Positions 7,643-16,907 are shown, counted from the stretch's first letter. The stretch is DNA of 32,113 nucleotides from Gammaproteobacteria bacterium (GCA_028817755.1 JAPPPA010000087.1:1-32113); one strand, 5' to 3'. Notes: generated from the letters alone by a model not told the origin. Program-made: numbers and translations.

Positions 7643-9505
7643 TTGTTGCTGTCATTGCGCGAGGTGTCGCTGGCGTATAGCCAAACACCGTTACTCAATC
7701 AGGTTAATTTCCAAGTCGATGACGGCGAGCGTGTGTGCTTAGTCGGCCGTAACGGCGCCGGCAAGTCGAGCCTGATGAAAATCATCGCCGGTGATATTGA
7801 AGCCGATGCTGGTGAGCGAAACACCAAAGACCAGCTACGCGTGGCGCGCTTGGTGCAAGACGTGCCGCACGACATTAGTGGCACGATTTACGACGTTGTC
7901 ACCGCAGGCCTTGGCGGTATTGGCGAGTTGATTAACCAATATGAACAAGCCGCCGGGCGAGGTGATTCAGCCGATGTGTTACTACCGCTGCAGCAGCAGA
8001 TTGAAACCCAAGGTGGTTGGGACGCTAAGCGCCAAGTAGATGAAGTGCTGTCGCGTATGCAGCTCGACGGTATGACGCTGTTTGAAAACCTCTCTGGGGG
8101 TTTAAAGCGCCGTGTACTGCTAGCGCAAGCGTTGGCTAGTGACCCGCAATTGCTGCTGTTAGATGAGCCCACTAACCACCTCGATATTGAAGCCGTGCAG
8201 TGGCTAGAAAACTTCATCCGCAACGGCAGTTTTGCGGTGGTGTTTGTCACCCACGATCGGGCCTTCTTAGATGCCATTGCCACACGTATTGTCGAGGTCG
8301 ATCGCGGCAATCTGCATAACTTCCCCGGCCGCTATAGCTTGTACCGAGAACGCAAAGCCGAGCAGCTGGAAATTGAGCAAAAGAACAAAGCCGACTTCGA
8401 CAAAGTGCTGGCAGAAGAAGAAGCCTGGATTCGTCGCGGTGTTAAAGCCCGTACCAAGCGCAATATTGGCCGCGTAAAACGCCTAGAAGATTTACGCGAA
8501 GAAGCTGATGGCCATCAGAAATACCAAAAACGTGCCAGCATTAAGGCGCAAATGGCAGAGAACACCGGCAAGCGGGTTATTGAAGCTAAAAACCTGAGTT
8601 ACAGCATTGCCGGTAAACCACTGGTTAAAGACTTCACCCTCAAAATTCTACGCGGCCAAAAGATTGGCTTGATGGGTCCAAATGGCTGCGGCAAAACCAC
8701 CCTGCTGCGTTTGTTGTTGGGTGAGTTAGAAGCGGATAGTGGCACCCTCATTGAAGGCACTAACCTACAAGTGGGTTATTTCGACCAAACCCGCAAAGCG
8801 CTTAAGCTCGATAAAACCGCGGCATGGAACGTTGCCGAAGGCTACGAGAAAATTGATTTTGATGGCCGCGCCTTGCACGTGTTGGGCTATTTAAAAGCCT
8901 TCCTGTTTACGCCAGATCGCGCTAACTCTTTGGTAGAGGTGTTGTCAGGTGGTGAACGCAACCGTCTACTCTTGGCACGCCTCTTTGCCCACCCTGCCAA
9001 TGTCTTGGTGATGGACGAGCCCACTAACGACCTCGACGTTGAAACGCTCGAGTTATTAGAAGATTTGGTAAACAACTTCGCCGGCACCGTGTTGCTGGTG
9101 TCGCACGACCGGGCCTTTGTGAATAACGTGGTCGACTCGCTGATTGTGTGGGACGGCGACGGCGAGTTTGATTACTTTGTTGGTAACTACGATGACTGGT
9201 TACGCCAACGTAAGCAGGAGCAAAAGGCGCAGCAGGCCAAAGCCGTGCCTGTGGCTAAACCGGCGGCAAAAAAATCCACCAAACTCAGTTACAAATTGCA
9301 GCGTGAGTTAGATCAGCTCCCCGCCACTATTGAAGCCTTAGAAGAAGCTATCGAGGCCGCTGGTGAAGCGATGGCGCAGCCGGAGTTTTTCAAACAGTCG
9401 GCCGACGCCATTACCGCGGCTCAGGCGACACTGGCGGAGCAGCAAGCTGAATTAGAAAACGCATATACCCGCTGGGAAGAATTAGAGGCACAGAAAAATG
9501 GCTAA
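7643..9505 (+). CDS. uup: ABC-F family ATPase Uup (two ABC cassettes, C-terminal coiled-coil DNA-binding tail, no membrane domain)
   Basis: Collinear with E. coli Uup along the whole length as I recall it: VCLVGRNGAGKSSLMKI, LSGGLKRRVLLAQAL, LLLLDEPTNHLDIE, GLMGPNGCGKTTLLRLLLGEL, LSGGERNRLLLARLF, LVMDEPTNDLDVETLELLE, KLSYKLQRELDQLP, ending WEELEAQKNG. The start is TTG with AAGGG upstream. Confidence 0.93.
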   Translation: MLLSLREVSLAYSQTPLLNQVNFQVDDGERVCLVGRNGAGKSSLMKIIAGDIEADAGERNTKDQLRVARLVQDVPHDISGTIYDVVTAGLGGIGELINQYEQAAGRGDSADVLLPLQQQIETQGGWDAKRQVDEVLSRMQLDGMTLFENLSGGLKRRVLLAQALASDPQLLLLDEPTNHLDIEAVQWLENFIRNGSFAVVFVTHDRAFLDAIATRIVEVDRGNLHNFPGRYSLYRERKAEQLEIEQKNKADFDKVLAEEEAWIRRGVKARTKRNIGRVKRLEDLREEADGHQKYQKRASIKAQMAENTGKRVIEAKNLSYSIAGKPLVKDFTLKILRGQKIGLMGPNGCGKTTLLRLLLGELEADSGTLIEGTNLQVGYFDQTRKALKLDKTAAWNVAEGYEKIDFDGRALHVLGYLKAFLFTPDRANSLVEVLSGGERNRLLLARLFAHPANVLVMDEPTNDLDVETLELLEDLVNNFAGTVLLVSHDRAFVNNVVDSLIVWDGDGEFDYFVGNYDDWLRQRKQEQKAQQAKAVPVAKPAAKKSTKLSYKLQRELDQLPATIEALEEAIEAAGEAMAQPEFFKQSADAITAAQATLAEQQAELENAYTRWEELEAQKNG

Positions 9506-10166
9506 TGACGCAACAATGAAAACCGCCTTGGTTCTAGGCGGTAGCGGGCTTATCGGCCGTATGCTGATTGACGAGCTCTTGGCTTCTGGTCACTACGGCA
9601 AAGTTACCGCCTTGCTGCGAAAAGAACTCAGCGCTGCGCCAGCAGAGTTAGATCAACAGATTGTGGATTTTGAGTCGCTATTAACTGAGCAGTTACCACT
9701 GGTAGCCGATGACGTGTTTTGCTGTTTAGGCACTACGCAGAAAACGGTAGGTGGAGATAAAGATAAGTTCTATCGCATTGATCACGATTACCCAGTGGAA
9801 CTCGCAAAACTGGCTCAAGCCGGCGGCGCTAAGCGTTGTTTTGTTGTTTCTGCTACCGGCGCTAACTCTAAGAGCCGCTTCTATTACAACCGCGTCAAAG
9901 GTGACATGGAGCGCGACCTAAAGACACTGGGATTTGATGCGTTGCATATCTACCAACCGTCGTTATTGATTGGTTCGCGAGAGCATTTAGATCAGCTAAA
10001 TCGCGGTGGCGAATTTGTGGGCCAAAAGTTAATGCCGCTAATGAATCCGTTTCTACAGGGCAGCTTGCGCAAGTTTCGTCCAACGCATGCTACGGCGGTA
10101 GCGCAGGCGATGTGTGCAGATTCAGGCCGCGATAGCCGCGGTGTGGAAATTCATCATTTCGAATAG
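9498..10166 (+). CDS. YraR-like NAD(P)H-binding (atypical SDR / HTATIP2-like) protein
   Basis: Rossmann motif LVLGGSGLIGR. The blocks VFCCLGTT, FVVSATGANSKSRFYYNRVKGDMERDL and YQPSLLIG match E. coli YraR. The ATG at 9498 overlaps the uup stop by 8 nt; an alternative ATG lies at 9516. Confidence 0.8.
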   Translation: MANDATMKTALVLGGSGLIGRMLIDELLASGHYGKVTALLRKELSAAPAELDQQIVDFESLLTEQLPLVADDVFCCLGTTQKTVGGDKDKFYRIDHDYPVELAKLAQAGGAKRCFVVSATGANSKSRFYYNRVKGDMERDLKTLGFDALHIYQPSLLIGSREHLDQLNRGGEFVGQKLMPLMNPFLQGSLRKFRPTHATAVAQAMCADSGRDSRGVEIHHFE

Positions 10167-10195
10167 CGAAGCGCTAAGCCGCTAGCTGGCTTGTG

Positions 10196-10813
10196 TTAAT
10201 CGCGCGCCTCGGCCATGCGCTCGCTGCCGAGCATAATCATGCGTAATTGCAGCACTAAGCGAGCAGCCAACTCAGAGCGGCTGTCGGCCGACATGCTAAG
10301 CGCATTACCGGCGCCGCCAAAGGTGATCGCCACAATGGCGTCGGCCGTGGTGTAAGCGTCGGCGATGGGGCGCTCCTTCGCTTGGCCTAAGCGTTCTAAA
10401 TCTTCGGCAAGCTCGTTTGTGAAGTAACGGATTTCGGTGCGAATGGCTCGGCGCCAGCTTTCCGAGCCGGTGCCCTGTTCACGCAGCAGCATGTGGAACA
10501 GCTGTGGCTCGCGGGCAATATGATCAAACAATGCGTTTACCGATACGTCCAACACCGACTGGCTCGTCACTAGCTTTTGGCGTGCTTCGCGCATCACGGT
10601 ACGCAGGCTTTGCCCGGCAACATCTACTAGGGCCAGGCCAAGATCTTCCATATCGTCGAAGTGCCGATAAAAAGCGTTGGGTGCCAAGCCAGCTTCGCGC
10701 GCTACCTCACGCAGGCTTAAAGAGCCAAAACTACGCTGTTGATTGAGTAGGCCTAAAGCCGCGTCAATTAGGTTCTGACGTGTTTGTTGTTTCTTGTCTG
10801 TGCGCGTGCTCAT
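10196..10813 (-). CDS. desT: TetR-family repressor of unsaturated fatty-acid synthesis (FabR/DesT type)
   Basis: SFGSLSLREVAREAGLAPNAFYRHFDDMEDLGLALVD and LVLQLRMI are near-identical to the E. coli FabR HTH and C-terminal blocks. The gene is divergent from a reductase-desaturase pair, as in the Pseudomonas desT-desCB locus. Confidence 0.85.
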   Translation of the reverse strand: MSTRTDKKQQTRQNLIDAALGLLNQQRSFGSLSLREVAREAGLAPNAFYRHFDDMEDLGLALVDVAGQSLRTVMREARQKLVTSQSVLDVSVNALFDHIAREPQLFHMLLREQGTGSESWRRAIRTEIRYFTNELAEDLERLGQAKERPIADAYTTADAIVAITFGGAGNALSMSADSRSELAARLVLQLRMIMLGSERMAEARD

Positions 10814-10843
10814 AACGCAACCTCATCAATGGTTTGCGCATTT

Positions 10844-10861
10844 AGTGTACGCATGTCCACT
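10844..10861. promoter_or_regulatory. Putative DesT/FabR operator copy 1 (AGTGTAC-GCAT-GTCCACT), upstream of desT
   Basis: 18-bp dyad with 6/7 arm complementarity, embedded in the longer TTTAGTG...CACTAAA symmetry at 10841-10864. It is 15/18 identical to the second copy at 10972-10989. Confidence 0.6.
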
Positions 10862-10933
10862 AAAGCTGTTGCCCTAATTTACTGTAAAAACAGTTACTTG
10901 GCTATTTTCACGCCTCAGCGTTTGTACAAAAAA

Positions 10934-10963
10934 TTGACAGTTTATGTGCTGCCGCTCTAATCT
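10934..10963 (+). promoter_or_regulatory. Candidate sigma70 promoter of desCB (TTGACA-N18-TAATCT)
   Basis: A consensus -35 TTGACA lies at 10934-10939 and a -10-like TAATCT at 10958-10963. Operator copy 2 begins 9 bp downstream of the -10. Confidence 0.5.
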
Positions 10964-10971
10964 CTCATTTC

Positions 10972-10989
10972 AGTGTACGCGTGTACACC
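10972..10989. promoter_or_regulatory. Putative DesT/FabR operator copy 2 (AGTGTAC-GCGT-GTACACC), overlapping the predicted desC transcription start
   Basis: Same 18-bp motif as 10844-10861, and its position is consistent with repression by occlusion. Confidence 0.6.
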
Positions 10990-11014
10990 AATGTGACAAT
11001 TGTGAGACAAAGGC

Positions 11015-12127
11015 ATGAATAAGCAGACTAGCTGGTTAGACAAACGCCGGGGCCAAGTAAAGCACTGGGGGCAGGCTTTAGAACAAAGAATGATGGCAGC
11101 GCAGTGGCGCTCGGCGTCGGTCGACATGTTGTCGTTCGCGTTTGAGCCGCTTTGGGGCGCTAAACAAATTCCTGCGCGCGTTGATGCTGTTGAGGCCGAA
11201 GAAGGCGCTACCCACATCTGGTTACGCCCTTCGTTACGCTGGGCTTGGCCAAAGCCGGGTCAGTTTGTGTCGGTGTCGGCACAGCATGATGGTGAGGTAG
11301 TGACGCGTTGTTACAGCTTGTCGGCGCTAGATGCTGCCAACGACCGTATTCGTCTTACGGTGTGCTCCGTAAACGATGGTCTTTTCTCGAATAACATTGC
11401 GCCGCAGTTGGCTGTTGGCACGGTGTTGAAACTATCCCCCGCCACGGGTGACTTTGTTGCCCCGAAACATGCCGCGCCTTTGTGGCTATGTGCGGCAGGC
11501 TCTGGCATTACGCCAATGTTGCCGTTGGCGGAGGCGGCCTTAGCGCAAGGTCAGGCGGTTCGTCTTTTAGCGGTACAACGCGAGGCGCAGCCAGTGTTGT
11601 GGCAAGAGTGGTTGGCCTTACAGCAACGTTACCCGCAGCTATTGCGTTGCGAGCTTTGGTGTAGCGCTGAACAAGGCCGCCCACAAATCCAGGACTTCTC
11701 AGATCGTTTAAACGCGTTGCCTAACAACGTCGAGGTGTTTGTATGCGGCAATAGCGGCTTCCGCGATAGCCTGCAGCAGGCAGTGCAGAATGCCGGCTTG
11801 CCAATGGCGCAGCTGCATATGGAAAGCTTTTATCAAACTAACACGGCGCCTGCCGTAATGGACTCGGCGGATGTGGTGGCGAAAGTTAGTTTGAGCGATG
11901 GCCGTGAAATTCCGGTACGCGAAGGCGAAACCATTTTGCAGGCGGCGAAATCGGCTGGTGTAGCGATGACACATTGTTGCGGCCAAGGTGTTTGCCGCAG
12001 CTGTGAAACCCGCAAAGTGTCGGGCGTGGTGGAAAACCTACAAACCGGTTTAAAGCAGCTGCGTGACGGTGAGTGGATTCTGCCCTGCGTGAGCTTGCCC
12101 ATGGGCAACGTGGAGCTGGCGGTATGA
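11015..12127 (+). CDS. desC: Ferredoxin-NAD(P) reductase-type oxidoreductase with C-terminal plant-type 2Fe-2S ferredoxin domain (desaturase electron donor)
   Basis: FAD motif RCYSLS, NAD motif LCAAGSGITPMLPL, and the 2Fe-2S ligand pattern CCGQGVCRSCETRK...LPC. The stop overlaps the next start (ATGA). Confidence 0.85.
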   Translation: MNKQTSWLDKRRGQVKHWGQALEQRMMAAQWRSASVDMLSFAFEPLWGAKQIPARVDAVEAEEGATHIWLRPSLRWAWPKPGQFVSVSAQHDGEVVTRCYSLSALDAANDRIRLTVCSVNDGLFSNNIAPQLAVGTVLKLSPATGDFVAPKHAAPLWLCAAGSGITPMLPLAEAALAQGQAVRLLAVQREAQPVLWQEWLALQQRYPQLLRCELWCSAEQGRPQIQDFSDRLNALPNNVEVFVCGNSGFRDSLQQAVQNAGLPMAQLHMESFYQTNTAPAVMDSADVVAKVSLSDGREIPVREGETILQAAKSAGVAMTHCCGQGVCRSCETRKVSGVVENLQTGLKQLRDGEWILPCVSLPMGNVELAV

Positions 12128-13191
12128 CCACGAAAATAGAATGGCCGGTAGAAAAGCTGGATGCGCTGCAAAAAGACCTCGATGAGGTCTTGGCGAAAGA
12201 AATGGCCGACTTGGGTGAAGCTGACGCGCGCCATTTAAAAAAAATCACGGGTGTTGCTCGTTATTGCCATTGGGCAGGTCGTGGCCTGCTGCTATTTAGT
12301 TTTGAGCCGATTGGTTGGGCGCTCGGCGTGGCGCATTTGTCGGCCTACAAAATTCTAGAGAACATGGAAATCGGCCATAACGTATTACATGGCCAATATG
12401 ACTTTTTGGATAACCCTAAATACCAGTCCAAAACCTACGAATGGGATATGGCGCCGACCGCCGCTGGCTGGCAGCACGAACATAACTATTTGCATCACAC
12501 CTATACCAATGTGATCGGTAAAGACCGTGATTTTGGCTATGGCATTTTTCGCATGTCGGATGATATTCCCTGGCGACGAAAGCATTTATTGCAACCGGCT
12601 TATAACGTGTTGAATGCCTTGTTCTTTCAATACGCTATTGCTAATTACTGTGCGGGTGATGACGTCAGCATTGCGCAAAAGGACCGCCGCGACCCTAAGT
12701 GGCGCGGTTATATGGGCAAGCAGCTACGCCATCTACTGAAAGAGTATGTGTTCTGGCCGCTGTTGGCGGGGCCGTTCTTTATGAAAGTGGTGGCAGGCAA
12801 CTTTGCGGCTGACATTATTCGCAATATGTGGGCCTTTGCGGTGATCTATTGTGGGCATTTCGGCACAGATGCGCACACATTCGACGATATTGGCGACAAA
12901 AAAGAACATCGTGGTCGCTGGTATCTGCGCCAACTAATGGGTTCTTGCAATATTAAGTCGGGCAAGTTGATGCAAATTGCTAGTGGCCATCTGTCGCATC
13001 AAATTGAACACCACCTGTTTCCAACCCTACCGGCATGGCGTTACCCGAAAGTAGCTCCACAAGTGCAGGCGGTGTGTGAAAAGCATGGTGTTTATTACAA
13101 CAACCGCCATATGACCACGCAGTTATTTGGTGCTTGGCGCCGAATAGTGAAGTACGCCTTGCCGACGCCGAGTAAGGTGGCCACGGCTTAG
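12124..13191 (+). CDS. desB: Membrane acyl-CoA (delta-9-type) fatty acid desaturase
   Basis: Three histidine boxes: HNVLHG, HEHNYLHH, HQIEHHLFP. The ATG at 12124 (MTTKIEWPVEKLD) is translationally coupled to the desC TGA; the longer track ORF from 12073 lies inside desC. Confidence 0.85.
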   Translation: MTTKIEWPVEKLDALQKDLDEVLAKEMADLGEADARHLKKITGVARYCHWAGRGLLLFSFEPIGWALGVAHLSAYKILENMEIGHNVLHGQYDFLDNPKYQSKTYEWDMAPTAAGWQHEHNYLHHTYTNVIGKDRDFGYGIFRMSDDIPWRRKHLLQPAYNVLNALFFQYAIANYCAGDDVSIAQKDRRDPKWRGYMGKQLRHLLKEYVFWPLLAGPFFMKVVAGNFAADIIRNMWAFAVIYCGHFGTDAHTFDDIGDKKEHRGRWYLRQLMGSCNIKSGKLMQIASGHLSHQIEHHLFPTLPAWRYPKVAPQVQAVCEKHGVYYNNRHMTTQLFGAWRRIVKYALPTPSKVATA

Positions 13192-13306
13192 TGCTGCGAG
13201 ACGCAAAGCCTAAAATTGAGCTGTTTATTCTTGCAAACGACCGCTGGCGAACTAGTATTGCTATTAATGGCCGTGACCTGCGGCTATTAGATAGTCTCCT
13301 CCATCT

Positions 13307-13332
13307 GCCCCACCGCCTTGGGGCTTTCTTTT
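13307..13332 (+). terminator. Rho-independent terminator after desB
   Basis: GCCCCA-CCGCCT-TGGGGC hairpin followed by TTTCTTTT. Confidence 0.55.
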
Positions 13333-13402
13333 GCCTGTTTGATTTGTCGCCCTTGCGCTGCCAGCGCGGGTACACTGCTGCCATCATATTTTGGAGATAA
13401 GC

Positions 13403-14203
13403 ATGGGCTTTGAATACAAGGGCGCAACGGCGCTGATTACGGGTGCGTCGTCTGGTATTGGTGAGGCGTTTGCCAAAATTTTGGCCGAGCGAGGCTGCAA
13501 CCTCATTTTGGTTGCTCGTTCTGAAGATGTTTTGAATCAGCTCGCCGGTGACTTGCATGATGACCACGGCGTGACGGTAGACGTGATGGCGGCGGACCTA
13601 AGTGAAGCCGTGAACTGCGCCAATGTGGCAGATGCCGCAGATGCTTTGGGGCGTCGTGTAGACCTGCTTATTAACAATGCCGGTTTTGGCACCATGGGCC
13701 CATTTGTGAAAGCTGATGCTGACCGTGAGCGCCAAGAGATTGATTTGAATGTCACGGCGTTAACCGACTTATGCCATGCGTTTTTACCGGGCATGGTTGA
13801 ACGCGGCCAAGGCGCGGTGATTAATGTGGCTTCTACGGCCAGCTTCCAGCCGATGCCATATCTGGCGGTTTATGCGGCGACTAAGGCTTATGTGCGTTCA
13901 TTGTCCGAAGCTTTGCATGCGGAGTGTAAAGATCGCGGCGTTACTGTTACCGCGCTATGCCCAGGCCCTGTTGCGACCAATTTCTTCGAGGCTACTCAGT
14001 CAAAAGATATTGACGGTATGGTGAAGAAAGTCGCAGGCATTATGATGACTTCCGAGCAGGTAGCTTTGGATGCGCTGAAGGCGATGGAAAAAGGTCGTGC
14101 AGTTGTGGTGCCGGGTGCGCCGAATAAGCTGGGTGCAATGGCGGCGTCGTTAACGCCAAACCGTATGCTCACCAGCATCATGGCAAAAACAATGAAAGGC
14201 TAA
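13403..14203 (+). CDS. Short-chain dehydrogenase/reductase (SDR) family oxidoreductase
   Basis: TGASSGIGEAF cofactor motif, NNAG, and a catalytic YAATK (YxxxK). The ATG at 13403 follows GGAG at 13393-13396; the track ORF begins at an upstream TTG. Confidence 0.85.
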   Translation: MGFEYKGATALITGASSGIGEAFAKILAERGCNLILVARSEDVLNQLAGDLHDDHGVTVDVMAADLSEAVNCANVADAADALGRRVDLLINNAGFGTMGPFVKADADRERQEIDLNVTALTDLCHAFLPGMVERGQGAVINVASTASFQPMPYLAVYAATKAYVRSLSEALHAECKDRGVTVTALCPGPVATNFFEATQSKDIDGMVKKVAGIMMTSEQVALDALKAMEKGRAVVVPGAPNKLGAMAASLTPNRMLTSIMAKTMKG

Positions 14204-14215
14204 CGCTTTGTACAG

Positions 14216-14246
14216 TGGCCAGCTTGGGGAAGCTGGCCATTTTATT
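14216..14246 (+). terminator. Strong rho-independent terminator after the SDR gene
   Basis: TGGCCAGCTT-GGGG-AAGCTGGCCA (perfect 10-bp stem, 4-nt loop) followed by TTTTATT. Confidence 0.7.
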
Positions 14247-14256
14247 GGGGGACATT

Positions 14257-15738
14257 TTGGGGTTATCAAAAGTATTTACCCGGGCCTTAAAGGGCTTGGA
14301 TGCGCCAGCAGTGGTAGTTGAAGTGCATGTGTCTGGCGGCTTGCCGACGATGAACTTAGTGGGCTTGCCAGAAGCGGCTGTACGAGAAGCGCGTGATCGC
14401 GTGCGCAGCGCTATTCAGAACAGTGGTTTTGAATTTCCTGCGAGTCGTGTCACGGTTAATTTGGCCCCCGCCGATATTCCCAAAGAAGGCGGTGCTTTTG
14501 ATGTGCCCATAGCGCTGGGTATTTTGGCTGCGACAGGTCAATTGAATGCAGATGCGTTGGATGATGTTGAGGTGCTGGGTGAGCTGGCATTAAACGGTGC
14601 GCTGCGACCAATTAAAGGCGCTTTGCCGGTAGCGATGGCGGTTGCCAAGGGCCAAAGGGCGTTGGTTTTGCCAGAAGCCAGTGCTGCCGATGCCGCCTTG
14701 GTACAGGATTTGTCAGTGCACTATGCTCATCATTTGGCCGATGTGGTGGCGGCGTTTAATAGTGGCAAAGCACTGTCTCGGTTCACGCAGAGCGAGCCGA
14801 GCAACGAGCTGTTGTCGCAGTTAGATATGGCTGATGTTAAAGGCCAACAGCAAGCGAAGCGGGCTTTAATGGTTGCTGCTGCGGGGAGTCATAACGTGTT
14901 GATGGAGGGGCCGCCGGGCTCTGGAAAATCGATGCTAGCCAAGCGTTTGCCCAGTATTTTGCCGACCTTGAGTAATGCTGATGCGTTGGAGGTGGCAGCC
15001 ATTCGTTCTTTGTCTGGCGCGCCGATTTCAGCAGACGAGATGCATCTGGCGCCATTCCGCTCGGTGACATCATCCGCTTCTCAGGTTGCTCTTTTGGGAA
15101 GCAAAAATCCGGGTGAGATCACCTTGGCGCATGCTGGCGCATTGTTCATGGATGAACTGGTTGAGTTTCCCCGCGCATGCTTGGAGGCGTTAAGAGACCC
15201 GTTAGAGAACGGCTATATCGATATTTCTCGTGCGGCGTATAAGTATCGGTATCCATCTCGCTTCCAGCTTGTGGCAGCGATGAATCCTTGCCCTTGCGGC
15301 GATCCCGACAACTGTCGCGATACGCCAGATCAAATTGCACGTTATCGGGCAAAGCTATCTGGCCCGATATTGGACCGTATTGATGTGCATTTGCATGTGC
15401 CGAGAGTGAAATATCAGGAACTGAAAGATTCGTCGTCTGGTAGCAACAGTAAAACGCTGCGTGGCCAAGTGGTTGCCGCACGTGAGCGACAGTTGGCACG
15501 ACAAGGTAAAACCAATGCTTGGCTTAGCGCGGCGGAAATTGAAAAAATTGCTAATCGCAGCGAGGCGGCGGAAACCTTATTGGAAAATGCGATGACAAAG
15601 CTTGGCTTAACGGCGCGTGGTTATCATCGTTTATTGAAAGTTGCACGAACGATTGCAGATTTAGATGCTAGTGAACAAATTGCAGCTGAACATATGGCGG
15701 AAGCGATTGGTTATCGCCAGCTAGACCGTTGGCACTAG
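14257..15738 (+). CDS. comM: ComM/YifB-family Mg-chelatase-like AAA+ ATPase (competence-associated helicase family)
   Basis: VEVHVSGGLPTMNLVGLPEAAVREARDRVRSAIQNSGFEFP...VNLAPADIPKEGGAFDVPIALGILAA matches the YifB N-terminus. Walker A is GPPGSGKSM, and the C-terminal block is GYHRLLKVARTIADLD. The start is uncertain: the track GTG at 14215 lies inside the upstream terminator stem, so I use the in-frame TTG at 14257. Confidence 0.88.
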   Translation: MGLSKVFTRALKGLDAPAVVVEVHVSGGLPTMNLVGLPEAAVREARDRVRSAIQNSGFEFPASRVTVNLAPADIPKEGGAFDVPIALGILAATGQLNADALDDVEVLGELALNGALRPIKGALPVAMAVAKGQRALVLPEASAADAALVQDLSVHYAHHLADVVAAFNSGKALSRFTQSEPSNELLSQLDMADVKGQQQAKRALMVAAAGSHNVLMEGPPGSGKSMLAKRLPSILPTLSNADALEVAAIRSLSGAPISADEMHLAPFRSVTSSASQVALLGSKNPGEITLAHAGALFMDELVEFPRACLEALRDPLENGYIDISRAAYKYRYPSRFQLVAAMNPCPCGDPDNCRDTPDQIARYRAKLSGPILDRIDVHLHVPRVKYQELKDSSSGSNSKTLRGQVVAARERQLARQGKTNAWLSAAEIEKIANRSEAAETLLENAMTKLGLTARGYHRLLKVARTIADLDASEQIAAEHMAEAIGYRQLDRWH

Positions 15739-16907
15739 GCTTTATTCAGCTGCATTATCTTGGCTAGCTTTGGCTCTGGTTGCGGCACCTTTTCGAATAG
15801 CTCAACACAGTTCCGGCCGTTACGTTTTGCCGCGTATAGGGCAATGTCGGCCTGATTAATTAAGGTGTCGGGGCGTGTATTTTCTTCTGGCCGTAAGCAA
15901 GCAATACCTACGCTAATAGTGGTGTGGATTGGCATGCCATCGACTAATAGTGGCGTGGTTTCAACGGCTTTACGTAATCGCTCGCCAAGATCTGCTGCGG
16001 CCGTGTAGTTTGTGTTGCGCAAGAGTACGCCAAACTCTTCGCCACCGTATCGGGTGACAACATCCTGTGTCCTGATTTTGCTGGACAGGATAACGGCAAG
16101 CGCTTGTAGTGCTTTATCGCCAGCAGGGTGGCCATAATCGTCGTTGACGCTTTTAAAGTGATCTACATCGAGCATCAGCAGGCATAGAGGTAGCTTGTGA
16201 CTGCGAGCTTGGCTCCAAGCGTCTTCTAGGTAGTTATCAAAACTGAGCCGATTTAACAGGCCGGTTAAGTAATCGTGCGTGGCTTGGTGTTGGTACAACG
16301 CTTGGCGTGCAGCGACGGCGTCGTGTTGGCTATGCAATTGGATCAGCGCGCGCTCAATGCGGCGTAGTGCCGACATTAATGTGACGAACCCGGGGTTGCT
16401 TAATAGCAACCACATCAGTAGGTGGCGCCCGCCTTCTCGCATTGGGTCTTCCAGTAGCATGGGGATAACGAAAGCAAGGGTGGTGCCGCATAGCAATACG
16501 CAGGCTGCGATGCTCCACTTAAGCGCCAACTGGCTCGGGAAGACCATGAAGCAGAACAAGTACAGCAGCGGGAAGTGTGCAAACAGCACCAAAAACATGC
16601 TGTTGCTGCCATCCGCTAAAACCGGCCCTTGAAAGACACTAAGAATACGGCCTTCCAGTAGCACTACTATGGTGACAATAATCAGTGCCGTTGTGTAGGT
16701 GCTATGTTGCGGGTATTTCCACGCAACAAAACCAGCAAAGAGAAAGCTCATTGCTGCGGCAATGAAGAAAGGAGTCTCCCACCATTGCAACGGCAATGCT
16801 TGAATGACCCATGCTCCTGTTAAGCTGAGTAAGGCTAATACCGGTGTGCTGAGCAGTGCCGCCTTCCGTCTAACCTCATCCAGTGTTCTGATACTTGGCT
16901 GTTCCAT
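15735..16907 (-). CDS. Membrane-anchored diguanylate cyclase (multi-TM N-terminal sensor region + GGDEF domain)
   Basis: The N-terminal ~180 aa are hydrophobic helices. The GGDEF domain shows DYLTGLLNR, DVDHFKSVNDDYGHPAGD and RYGGEEF, with an RxxD I-site (RTQD) five residues upstream of GGEEF. Confidence 0.85.
   Translation of the reverse strand: MEQPSIRTLDEVRRKAALLSTPVLALLSLTGAWVIQALPLQWWETPFFIAAAMSFLFAGFVAWKYPQHSTYTTALIIVTIVVLLEGRILSVFQGPVLADGSNSMFLVLFAHFPLLYLFCFMVFPSQLALKWSIAACVLLCGTTLAFVIPMLLEDPMREGGRHLLMWLLLSNPGFVTLMSALRRIERALIQLHSQHDAVAARQALYQHQATHDYLTGLLNRLSFDNYLEDAWSQARSHKLPLCLLMLDVDHFKSVNDDYGHPAGDKALQALAVILSSKIRTQDVVTRYGGEEFGVLLRNTNYTAAADLGERLRKAVETTPLLVDGMPIHTTISVGIACLRPEENTRPDTLINQADIALYAAKRNGRNCVELFEKVPQPEPKLAKIMQLNKA

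Noticed and set aside
7643-9505. Uup as the missing ABC component of the upstream TolC/adaptor cassette.
   Set aside because: The translation is a soluble tandem-ABC (ABC-F) protein collinear with E. coli Uup and has no transmembrane domain. A 77-bp intergenic region with its own TATAAT box separates it from the cassette. It is a housekeeping gene, not an exporter.
12073-12123. The upstream extension of the desaturase ORF (MDSALRELAHGQRGAGG).
   Set aside because: It lies inside the 3' end of desC in another frame. The ATG at 12124 forms an ATGA stop-start overlap with desC and begins the conserved part.
14257-15738. ComM/YifB as part of a novel defence or mobile system because of its AAA+/Mg-chelatase domain.
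   Set aside because: It is full-length and collinear with the widespread housekeeping YifB/ComM family. It is not interrupted by an inserted element, although comM is a known integration hotspot. No associated genes are present.
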